The notes beneath the pieces are model-generated. The model saw only the letters and a list, made by a program, of their open reading frames with translations. It did no database searches and was not told the origin of the DNA. Positions 12,001-24,000 of a DNA stretch of 64,000 nt are shown here, piece by piece. Made by a program: the position numbers and the translations under genes. The stretch's first letter is position 1. The number at the start of each line of letters is the position of its first letter. Location: the NCBI GenBank assembly GCA_020341815.1, contig CP070837.1, positions 1,172,575 to 1,236,574 of the forward strand, in the 5' to 3' direction. This stretch comes from Candidatus Omnitrophota bacterium (lineage in GTDB: Bacteria; Omnitrophota; Gorgyraeia; JAFGHF01).

Positions 12001-15000
12001 CAGAGTATATTTAGAGATATTCGAGCCCTTTGATAACCCGCAGCCAAGTCATCTATACAGTTATTATGCATTCCTGTTTGAGACATTGTATTTAAACGTA
12101 TATTGCCCGGAAGAAGACGGCCCAAGCTACTGGGACTTGCACGTTGATGATGTAGAACAGAGGTATTGTTCCTCCCCCGTAGCGAAAATCAAGGCGCTAA
12201 AGAAGAAAGGCCAGGAGGACGGTACGCAGAAGGTGAAAGTAAGCAGAAAAGTAACCAAAGACTCTAACCGAAAAGAAGAACCTTTGGAAGAATGGTATAA
12301 GGTTCTAGGTATATTAGGAGGTAATATTAAAAAGGGCAATAACAAGGTTTCCTCTCCGGCAGAAGCTAGAGAATACCATGAGAAAGCTGCAAAGCTTTTT
12401 AAAGAAAGAAAATTCGATGAGACCATAAAAGTCCTTACTAAGATTATTAAGCTTAATTCAAGCGATTCAATTGCTCATCACAATCGTGGAATAGCTCGCG
12501 AGAGAAAAGGCGATTTAAAGGGAGCGTTGGAAGACTTAAGAAAAGCCTGGAACATTAAAGCAACTGCGCTTAAGATGAAGAAATCCTCTTCTCCCGCAAA
12601 TGGAGAAAAACTTAATCCAACAGACATAAGGGCGGAACTCATAAATAGCACAGTGGTGTTCTTAACCAGCCGAAAATGGACAATGATGAGAAAGGGAGAT
12701 GAAGTAGTTATACGCAAATTGTCTGAGAAGCGCTTTGGAGAATTATATGCGCGTCATCCAAAAGGTATTCGAGACGCAGGCATATTCGTAAATTATGCTT
12801 GGCAAGATGAAGGACCGGGAGCGTTCAATATAGATATAGTAGAAACATTAGATCCTATAGCACTACTTTTGGCCTTTAAAGGAAGCCTTAAAGATGAGGC
12901 CGAAATCGAATTAGTAACTGCAAAGATTGAAAAAATTAAGGATGGCTTCAATAAGGTGAAGCTCTCCAGCCCGGCAGAAAATCGGTCTATGGAATTAATG
13001 ACTAACATTGTCTCTGTAGGCGCAGTGATTGTAATTGGGGCTAAGCCTCAATCAGTTTCCAGTCCTGTGTTTAAGATGTTTGCAAAAAGAGATGATAAAG
13101 ACATTGGAGCAGATGCTGTTAATAAGAAGACTTATAAGCAAACTGATGAAGGAAAGTTTAAAGTTGTAACTTTGCCTTTGGAACAAAAGAAGTGTGAAGG
13201 AGGAGGTTGTCCAGAAAACCATGGCGCACAGAATAGCGAAGTCGAGTTGCTTAAAAAGGCTATCGATACGCTGATAGACTTTAGGCTTGAGTTGCTACTT
13301 TCCGAGCCAAAAACAAAAACTGAATGTCGGCAGAAAATAGATGCAATGACGAGAGATTTAGAAGAGCAGTTTGGAAATCCCACAAAAGCTAAAGAGTTTG
13401 CAGAAAAAACAATTATGAAACAGGAAAGAGAGAGGCTTTTGCCTATAGCAGAGAAAAAGATATATTGGAAAATAAGAAATAGATTAATGGAGAAATTAGA
13501 TAAAAAGAACGGAACTATTGACAAAGATGATTGTTTAAACATATTACAAGGAATTGTTAATCAAAAAACAAAAATATTGGCTGAAAAGCAATTTAGAGGT
13601 GCACTTCTTCTGGGAGAAATAGGAACGGGAATCCAAGAATTAATAGGGCTTTTAGTTGTCGATGAAGCATTAAGGAGCGTATTCTTCAAGATGCTTCCGG
13701 AAGAAATCAAAAAGCAAGTTGAATTTGAAAAAGAACAAAAAGCACAACAGCCAGCAAATGGGCAGGGTTTAGGTGGGGTAGAGGTAAGAGATATGCTAAA
13801 AACGTTTGCAAAAAAATTGGAAGAGAACTTAGCGCAGAAATTTGACAAAAGATTAGGGCATCTGGAAGAAGAAGTGAAAAACGGAACCAATGACGTTGCG
13901 GAATTAAAACAAGAAGTGAAAAACGGAACCAATGACGTTGCGGAATTAAAACAAGAAGTGAAAAACGGAACCAATGACGTTGCGGAATTAAAACAAGAAG
14001 TAAGAAACGGCAAGCCGTATTGGGATGAGGGATCGGATAGGAAGCTTATTGATGATGAGATGAAGAAATTAAAAGAGGAGGACCCCGTCCGCTGGGCCGA
14101 CCCTCATAAACGGCAGGCAGAAGCAACTAAAAGACTTATAAAACAAGGAAAGCTCAGGCTTGAGAATTGTTTTGATAATACTATCCCCAATGATACATTA
14201 AGAAGAGAAGTAAAGCAAGCAATAAAAATGAAAAAAGAAGAGAAAGAAGACATAGGCGAAGAACTGACTTGGTATGATGTTGAGAAAATTTATAATGAAC
14301 TTTTATTAGAATTACTTATGGATGAGAAGATAGAAAAAGAAGATGCTAAAAAATTAGGGCCTTTGACGGCTTATGAACTTACTTTGGGAGAACTTGAAAA
14401 AACCATTCGTTTCCAGAAGAAAGATATGCCACATTTTGGAATTCTTTGTCCTACAAAAGATGGTGGAAATCATTTTGTTAATATTTTGGGAGTTAGAATA
14501 GATGAAAAGAGAAGGGTTTATATAACAATTTCAGAGTATAATACCGGTGACGATGAAACGTGTCGTATAAGGGAAATTGAACTCTCAGAATTTGCCAAAG
14601 AATTAGGAATGGATAAGTTTATTATAATTGCCAATAAGAAGGATAAAAGGATATTCAGGAAGGAACTTCGCGATGACGACAAAAAAGAGCTAATGAGACC
14701 CCATGGGCCTGGAACCAAGACCACCGGTCCCCAAGGCAGCAAAACAGGCAACGGAACAGGTGATGGAACAGGCGGTGGTAGTGGTAAAGGAACGTCTGGT
14801 CAGGGCAAAGGTGATGCCACCCCGCCTCCTTCAAACGGTTTCGGAACATCCGGAGCCGCAGCAGGCTTTACAGGTGCTGCTGCAGGTTCTTCGGATGCCG
14901 GGACGGATGCTGGCAACACAGGCGATGTTGACAATACAGGCGATGCGGGCAGCACAGGCCGTGATTTTCCAAAAGACGTTACTAATAGCAGTAAGCCAAT

Positions 15001-18000
15001 AAATACCATTCCATTCGATACCGATACCCATCAGGGAAGGGCCGATGCGGATAATAATAACCCAGGCGCAGAAGTAAATGGTAATAAGGGAACGTCAAAT
15101 ACAGAATTGGCAAAAGCTGTAGTTGCCAGCCCGGTTGAGCAGACTTTAGGTGGAAAAAGGGACGTAGAAACAGATAGATTTTTTGCTACTAGAGAAAAAT
15201 TTAGGGGTAGATCAGAAGGCTTATCTCCGCCTACTGCTTCAAATAGCACTTTAGAGCACAGAGCCAAATCCTCAATATCCGCCAGTCCCGCAAGATTAGT
15301 TTATCCCCTAAGGCCTCGCCATGAGGCAGATAATCTACAGTCCGCAGTTCACGGAACAAAAATAACCGCCCATATCCCCAATACGCACTACACAATATAC
15401 GATATTGCCTCCAGCCCGAGTATTATTGACCTTAATGAGGAAGTCCAAAAGTTCTTAAAAGAAGCCGTTAAAGATTTCATGGCTAAAGTAAGGGAAATTT
15501 TGGCTAAGAAAGAGGATATCCAATCCACAATTGATAAAATCAATGCACTCACAATAGAAGGAGAGTTCATTGATCAGATCTCTACAGAGTTATTAAGGAA
15601 ATCATTGGCTGATGAGTTAACAGATTTACTTAATGGACTGCAGTCATGCGGACTAAATATCCAGAGCGGAAAAATACCTCTTGAAAAATTACTTTCTAAT
15701 TTGGATGAATTTGCAAATGTAGAAAAACTATATATAGAAACCACAGGCTATATTAGTATACTTAATTCAGTTGCCATTTTAAGAAAGAGTCGTTCTTTTT
15801 CCAGTCCTGCCGAATGCAGCCCTGTTTTAACTCAGCAAGCTACTTTTTCACAGTTTTTGGCCAATCTGCTGAATAGAGAATCGGCTGATATTTCTCAAGC
15901 AATAAAGCGTTCGCTTTATAACTTCAGATGCAGATGCGAAAAATACATATTGCAAAGAGCGATAGATTGGTTTTTGAGTCTCAAGTATAAGCTATTATCT
16001 CTATTAGGAATTTTAGGAAATAAGAAAAAGCATTACGGAGATAGCGGGAAAGAAGCCGATAATGAAATAAATGCACTTGAAGCAAAAGGTATAGATCTCA
16101 GAAACCCGCGGGCTCCTTCAATGAAGCGTTCGCTTTATAACTTCAGATGCAGATGCGAAAAATATATTCTGCAAAGAACGATAGATTGGCTTTTAAGCCT
16201 CAAGCACAAGATACTATCTTTATTGGCAAATTTAGGAAATAAAGAAAAATATTATGGAGACAGCAGCAGAGAGCAGACCGACAAGAAAGTAAATATACTC
16301 AAAATAAAAGGCATAATAAAAAGAGTTTTCGGAGCACCGCGCGCTCCTTCCGATCCGCAGAAGCTCAATAATACTAATAATCTTGGCACCATAGGTGCAA
16401 ACGCTAGCGGTCTGCCTGTTTTGCCAAACAGCACCTCTATGCCCTTTACTGATCCATTTGAAGGCAGAGAACCGGCGAATATTCCTCCAATAGCAGGAGC
16501 TTCGGCCAATATAGAATATAGAAGGAATGAACAGAAATTAGTAATAGTTAGTAGCCCTGCAACAGCCGAAGGCCACCATAACGGTAAAATGAGAGGATGG
16601 CGGGTCTATAGGGAGGGTATCTTAGAATTAAATATAAATATACGTAAAGCAAGAGGTATAGGTACAAGTCTCGGAGGTCCGCAGGCTCCTCCTTATAGCT
16701 CTCCTATCTCAGTAAACCAGAGAGAGAATAAGGAGGTGTCTTATGGAAAGAGTACAGCGTTTGGAATTACGGGAATTCGAGAGAAAGATGCGGAATATAG
16801 AAGAAGAATGGATGGCCCTGGAACTTCAACGTCGGCGCAAAGCCAGGAAGGAGAAGGAAAACATTATCCAGGAAGAGGACCGTTAGAAACATTACCACCG
16901 ACAGAAGAAAAGGGCAATAATAATCCTAATGGCCGCATGGCCCGGGGCTCAAGCGGAAAGAGTCCGGCTGCTATAGATGATGCTCTGTGCATACAAGCTT
17001 TAACTAAGCTTGCCTCTATATTAGAAGCTATCCTCAATGCTGTTATGCAGGTGCGGTATATTGTATACCGCGGACCTCCGCAAGCTATCTCTACCTATTC
17101 CCCTACCTACTACCTACTACCTACTACCTACTTATTAATTAGCCCCATAGCTACAACTTCATTAGAAGAAGTTGCGGTTATGGGTTTTGTTATTTCCGGT
17201 TATTCCTCCCCAATAATCGTCGCCGCAGTAGTTGCGGTGCGTTTATATACATTATTCAATAATCTATTGCAAATGGTGGCGCTGACAGTAGCAAGCCTCA
17301 TTGTGAGGCTTACTTCTATCACCGCCGCCTCGGTGGGAGAACCTGTGGGCGCCGCCATTGCAATTAAACCAGTAGTGAAAGGAGATGGGTTACAATGTCA
17401 GGAGCCGAAGTCAGGAGTATCAAGTTTGATCACATCGTGGATTCGCCAGATTACAGGTTTGTATGCGTTACTATTGGCGGCAGGACACGAAATCTGCGAA
17501 TCTATAAAGACGGGATGGTTGAATCTTATGAGCACGGACGCTTTATCCAGCTTCCTAGCGAACTGGCAAAAGATATTCGTGCCACTCTCAGCCGTACGCC
17601 GAACATCCCTACCTTCTCACTCAAGAACGGAAAAGGCCTTAGCGAATAAGTTACTCGCTGAGGCCTTCTCTGCCTCCTCCCCGGCAGATGGTGAAGATAA
17701 ACCTAAAGTGAATCTTCCAAAAGAAGTGCTTGAATATTATGAGAGCCTTTCTGAACCAACAGAAGCAGCTTTAATCTCAGCTTGGAAAAACCGGGGAGGT
17801 AAGTTCGTACAAAGTAAAGACGTACATAAAGCTCTTACCGAAAGCAGCATGAGACCGAAAATAACAGAACCCCCACTTAAGAAACAAGAAGATGAGAAGC
17901 AAGAAGATGAGAAACAAGAAGAGGGGGTAATAGAAAAAATAAAAAAAGAGCTCATAATAAGCATAAGATGTTTTGCTATAGAAAGGATAGAAGTAGAAGA

Positions 18001-21000
18001 CCTTCTTAAAGATAAAGAAAAACAGCTCAAGAAAATAGGGGTTCTAAAGCGTTTATTAATAATGTTGCGTACTGATATAGGCAAAGAAATAAAACTACAA
18101 AAAAATGAGACTATCAAAAATATATTAGAAACTATAGGGGATTATATACAAGTTATATTAGATAATGAATTTAATTTAATAAAAGAAGGATTAGAACAAG
18201 CGGGAATAATAAAAGCTGGATTGCGGCTTGAAATGGGGACAAAAGATGAACAAACCAAGAAGAAAAAAGCAAAGCAAGAATTAAAAGCAATAGCGCTTAA
18301 TATAGCAGAGCAAAAAGCAAATTTAGTAACAAAAAATATACCGTTGATAGGGCAAGCGCTAATAGAGCTAGAGCAGGCCATAAAAGGACAAAACTCTACC
18401 TCCAGCCCTGCGCATTATAATATACCGCTTGTGCAGCATTCCTCTAGAAGAGAGCCTGGGAAAGTATCAACCACACTCACTAAGCAACAGCTTAGAAAAA
18501 TAAAAGAATTGAGAAAGACGGCATCCCTCGACAAGCAAAAAAAGATTCAACGATTGATGACTAAGCATTGCAATAAAGGTGACACAACAGACGCGAAAAA
18601 ATTTATTACACAGATGAAAATCACAATATCCAAACCGGATATCACCTCCAGCCCCGCACAGAAAAAGCCCGAAGAGCAAAAGATAGATATAGAACGCATT
18701 ATAGAATTAGTTAAAGAAGTAAGGCTAGGAGAATGCTTGGAGCATTCGGCAATATTAATTGGCGTATTGAGAAGATTAGGGGAAAACGCCCGGCTTGTAG
18801 GCGGTTATGAATCCTCCGAAGCTAATCTTCCCGACCACTATTATGTTCTTAGGGAAAATGGGGACAGGATAGATATCTGGCCAAGAGAGACAGAAGAAGA
18901 AAACTTTGATGAGTTTTTCGCTGAGGCACAGTTACGACTCGCTTTAGATAATCCAAAAATAGATGATGTGATTAACAAAGTCTTAAAGAAGCTCTCCAGC
19001 CCCATCGATAAAACAATAGATAGTCAAGTTATTGCATTTTTAGGCGCCCATTTATGGAACAATATTATGGCTTTGCTCAAAGCCCGGCCGAAATTCCTTG
19101 AGGATTTCTGCTTTAGTTATCGTTGTCATGAGGGCTGGGTGCCAGGGAAAAAAGGCGAAAATATCTGCGGCGCTATTAGGATGGTAACTATAAATTCTGC
19201 TGCTTATCTCCCTATCAATAAAGAAGCCAGCATTGTTCGACCTTCCTCCAGCCCGGTTAAGCAGAAACTTGGAGCTATTGTCTTGATTATTATGGGGATT
19301 ATGGTTGGTTTTCCGGGATTGCTTTTTGCTCAAGGATTAGCTCCTGCTGCATTAACCGCATCAATCTTTGGCAAGGCTATTATGGGGACAATAGGGGTTG
19401 TCTTGGCAGGAAAGCTCCTCAAGAACTTATATGTAGCGCGAAAGTATAAAAAATATACATCCAGGATAAATAAGCTTTTGAGGATAAGCGAAGAAAGCCC
19501 AGAGCGATTTGCCGATGAAATCGAATCGCCCGAATACAGAGATATCTATGAGCAGGTTATGCGTTATTCCGAAGATAACGCAGAACAGAATGAGACGTTA
19601 GCGCAACTACAGGAGTCTTATTTTGAAGCCAGGGAGAAGACCGTTGAGGAAATAGAGGAATTGCTGATGGCTTTTACTTTTCCTCAGCCTTCTTTAGAAA
19701 TGTGGCGGTTGAGTCTAAAAATTGAAATTATGCCAGGTTTTTCTAATAAGAAAGAGGGAAATACACGGGATGAGCTTTTAGAAAAACTTTCTGGCTTTGC
19801 CAATAGATATCCGGATATTTTCCTAAGTGTATTAGAGGAGAAGTTCGGCATAGAACTCCTAAGAGGTAATTTTAAATCAGGCGATTATATGCAAAGATTG
19901 CAAGAGCTTTATTTCAATATTAGAAACAGGGCTTATGTTTCTGCAAAGAATAAGCCTGTGCGTATTGCCTGGCATGTTTGGGATTTTTGCATCTCCTGGA
20001 CGTTGCGTTCCGGATTGGCTTTAGCGAAAGGAATTAGTTCCCGGATTCAAAAACTATCTGACGGAAAGCCAACAATAATTATAAAAACGCTCATAAAAGG
20101 ATTAGGCGATATAATTCAAAGAGCTAAAAATCTCTTTGCCGAAGCGCAGGCAGAAGAAGGTTATTGGAAAAAAGCAGAACTTGTCGTTAAGCTTAGTTTT
20201 TGTATTTCTTCTCTTGCTGCTGTTGCCTGGTATAACTGGGGCTGGAAAGGCGCCTTAATCACTGCAGTTGGCTTGCCTATAGGTTTCCCTGCAGCACTAA
20301 TAATGGCTATATTTGTTAGCGTTAAGATAATTCGATGGGCATGCAATCATCCAAAGCTGGCAACCACTGGAGTACTTTTGGTTATGGTGGGGGGACTTGG
20401 TTTATTCGGGGAGGCATTTGCAACGCATCCTCAGGCTTATCTGCCCCATCCGGATGGTCCGCAGGCATCCAGGAGTAGAGCGGGCAATATAGGAGACAGG
20501 ATTGCGCTTAGGGGGCCGGATGAGGCTGGCGAGGTTGTCCCCAGAGTTGTTGAGCCGACTGTAAAAGGCCAAGATCCGGAACGCTCCGGCCGTTCTCCCC
20601 CAGATAACACAACTACTCATTCAGATATATCACTTAACCCTAGTCAAACCCCTGCCGAGGAAACGTCTTGGCTCAGCAAAATCTTGGATGTTTTGGTGCC
20701 TGATGTTGAGGCAACTGAGCCTGAGGTGAATAAAGGGGCAGAGAAAACAAGCTTCTTTAAAGATTTCTTTAATAAGAAATACGATGTTATAAAATTGTTT
20801 AGGAATATATATATTGGCGATTGGCATCATTTTGGGATTTTTAGACTTGTGGGAAAGCAAGAGTACGTTAAAGATGGTAAGAAGGCTTATATTATAATGC
20901 TGCGAAAGATAATAGGGAAGATGCCGCCAATAGGCGGGTTCCATATATCCGGTAATACTTCAGAAGCGATTATTTTCGTCAATCAGAAACCAGATAAAGA

Positions 21001-24000
21001 CTGTGCTTGCGAAATGAAAGCTATGGCAAGCGGAGATCGCTTGAAGATACTCTTGGAAATAATGGATGATTTTCATCGCGAGGCATTAACGGGTAAAGGT
21101 ACATATTGTAAATTTACTTCAGAAGGCGAAATTCACTGGACAGAAATAGATGAATTTACTAAGGTCGATCCTATTTTGATGAATAATTTAAAAGCTCTAG
21201 CGCTAGATCTACAAGGTAAGCCTTTCGCCAAGCGTGAACTTATATATACAATAGAGGGAATGATTAAATCAACAGCTGATGATTACGAATTTACAAAACC
21301 ATTGGCCGGAAAGAGCGTCGAAGAATTGATCAAGTTAATAGAAGGAAATAAAAGTAAGCATGAGTTTAGACATATAATAGACGCATGGATTAGTGATTCT
21401 GAATTGTATCTTACAGAAAGAATAGAAGAATTGAGAAACTCTTTTGGCAATAGGTCAGATGAAATTATAAAAAGAGTTATAGTAGAATTGTCCGGTTTTT
21501 TGAGCACACTGATGGATCCTTCATATACGCGTTATCAATTCTGTCAAACATTCTTAGGAGCAATGCATTGCAGGAACATAAGTCAGCGCAATTCTAATAA
21601 TGGCTCTCATTATAGCGTCAGCCCCAATGATGCCGCTCATTTTATCATCATCTTGGCAATGATGAATTGGGCTAAAGGAGAAAAAGATATTACCGGTAGA
21701 TATTTCAACGTGAATGATTGGAGAGAGACATTACGTCCTTTAAGTGATGAGCAAATAATACAATACGCTAAAGAGATTTATGAGTATATATTCCAAAGAG
21801 AAATGCTCATGCCCGAGCTTGTAACAACATATGAAGCTAAAGGTATGTGCTTCATCACCTCACTGGGTAGTGCAGAGGCGGCTGAAGCGCAGACACCGGA
21901 TGAAACAAAGCCACCTATTAAAGAATGGATGATAGAACTATATCGAGAAAAACTCCAAGAGTTAAGAGACAAATTTAATAAGAAAAAGATTTCAAAAGAT
22001 GAATTTATTTCCAGACAATTAGGTATAATTTTAAAACTAGCTAATGAAATAAGATTTGAACGAAAGGTTGCGCAGAAACAGCAGGATTGGTGCTTTAGAA
22101 CAAAGTTAGATTTGCGGATATTAGGAGAGCAAATAGGATTTAGAGTTTTTAAATATTTAATCATTTTAGATAAGAATTCTGATGGGACATTGTCAGTTTT
22201 CCCGATAGATAAAATATTCGATTTAGTAGAAGAATTTACGAAAACAGAAATTGCTATATACAGATCTTACGAAAAAGCGAAACTCGCTAACTACAGATCT
22301 TACGAAAAAGCGAAACTTGCTAACTACAGATCTTACGAAAGAGCGAAACTTGCTAACTACAGATCTTACGAAAAAGCAAAGTTGGAGATTTATAAGGAAA
22401 TAGAATACAGTCAAATTTATAAAGACAGAATAGCTACTATAGAAATAGTTTATAGAAAAAAAATAAAAGCTGTAGAAGTTACTTATAGAGAAGGAATAAA
22501 GGCTGCAGAGGCCACTTATAGAAAAGGAATAAAAGATGCAATTGCAGCTTATGACAATGCAAAAGAGACAGTGCTTCAAGAAATTACTAATAAAGCAAAG
22601 CAGTTTATTATTAAAGCTAAACAGTCAAATAACGAGGCAATGCTGATTCAAAGAGGACAACCCTGGGGAATTGGCCTAAGCGGATTGGTATTATTAACTA
22701 TATTATTTATGCCAATGATGGCCTTTGGAGGAGAAACTGAGGTATCCTCATCACCAATTAAGGCTAAATTCAACATGGCGGAGGTTGTCAAATGTGCAAC
22801 TCTGCTAAAAACAACCAAGGCTAATTTTATAAGAGTATTAGCAGTTGGGTTGGGGTTAAGTCAGATTGGATGGGTTTGGATTAAGTCTGAAGAAAAATCG
22901 ATAATACAATTCTTTTTGAAACCCCTTTTAGGGGGATTGGGAATAACGATAGTCTTTTTAGTAGGCTATTATCTGGCAACAATTTATTTTTCTAATCAAT
23001 GTGAGAACTATCTTGAAAAAGCAAATACTTTTATTATGTCAAAACAGCATCAGAAGGCAATTTTGGAATGTAACTACGTTATTAAATTAAAAAGATTTAT
23101 TCATTCAAATCTTGAGGGATTAGCATATAGCCTTAGAGGAAGAGCATATTTTGAATTGGGGCAGTATCAAGAGGCTTTGCTTGATTACGATACAGCTTTA
23201 AGACTTATTGTTGATGTTCCCGAGCTTGCTTGTTTTGTTCCATCTCTCTATGTTAGTAAAGGTAGCACACTTTTTCATTTAGGAAAATTGCAAGAAGCTT
23301 TAGATAGTTGCGAGCATGCAATTGAATTTGATCCCAATTTGGGCCCGGCATATGTAAATAGAGGAACAGTAAAGGCTTCTTTGGGAAATATTGAAGAAGC
23401 AAAGAGAGATTTTGAAAAGGCAGTAAGACTAGATTCTAAATTACAGCAGGAAGTAGAAAAAACAAAGAATTATTTAAGAGGTAAGGGTATAGATATTTCT
23501 TCTTCACCGGTTAAGATAACCGACTCAATGAGTACCTATGCGGTGAGTCAGATTTTGATGGGATATAGGCTTGTTGAAATAAATCCGCAGAACATTCAAT
23601 ACATTAGCAATATCACCTCTTCCGGTTTAATCCGCGGGTCGGATACTGCGGAAGTAGATAGCATTAAAACCTCCCAAATATCCAACCTTCCGTATCCTGC
23701 CCGCAAATATTCTGTAATTCCAGTAAATGAAGTAATAAAGGAAAAGAGTTGTTCTTCTCCGCTTACACAAGATAGTAAAAATAGCGGTAAATTTGCTCTT
23801 TGGCGCGAGTCTATTGAGAATTATATTGAGAGCTACTTAGATTTTCACCCCACCTTATCAAAATATTTAGGCAAAGTTATTCCTTTTATAGAAGTAGCGC
23901 TTTTGGCAACATTAGTCGGGTTAATGGGAGTAGCTTTATTAGGAGGAGCTTATTTATCCTGGATAGTTACAACAGCCCTGCTGGGAGGTAAAGCAGTAGC

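Noticed and set aside
13871-14010. Tandem direct repeats (42 bp at 13871, 33 bp at 22259) considered as a possible CRISPR array or minisatellite outside genes
   Set aside because: Repeats are contiguous with no unique spacers and are multiples of 3 nt. They sit inside the open reading frame, encoding peptide repeats. They are not CRISPR.
17090-17150. Simple-sequence (tacctac)n tract considered as a possible ncRNA or regulatory element
   Set aside because: It stays in frame and encodes a Tyr/Thr/Leu/Pro-rich peptide within the continuous ORF. No flanking promoter or terminator-like structure is evident.
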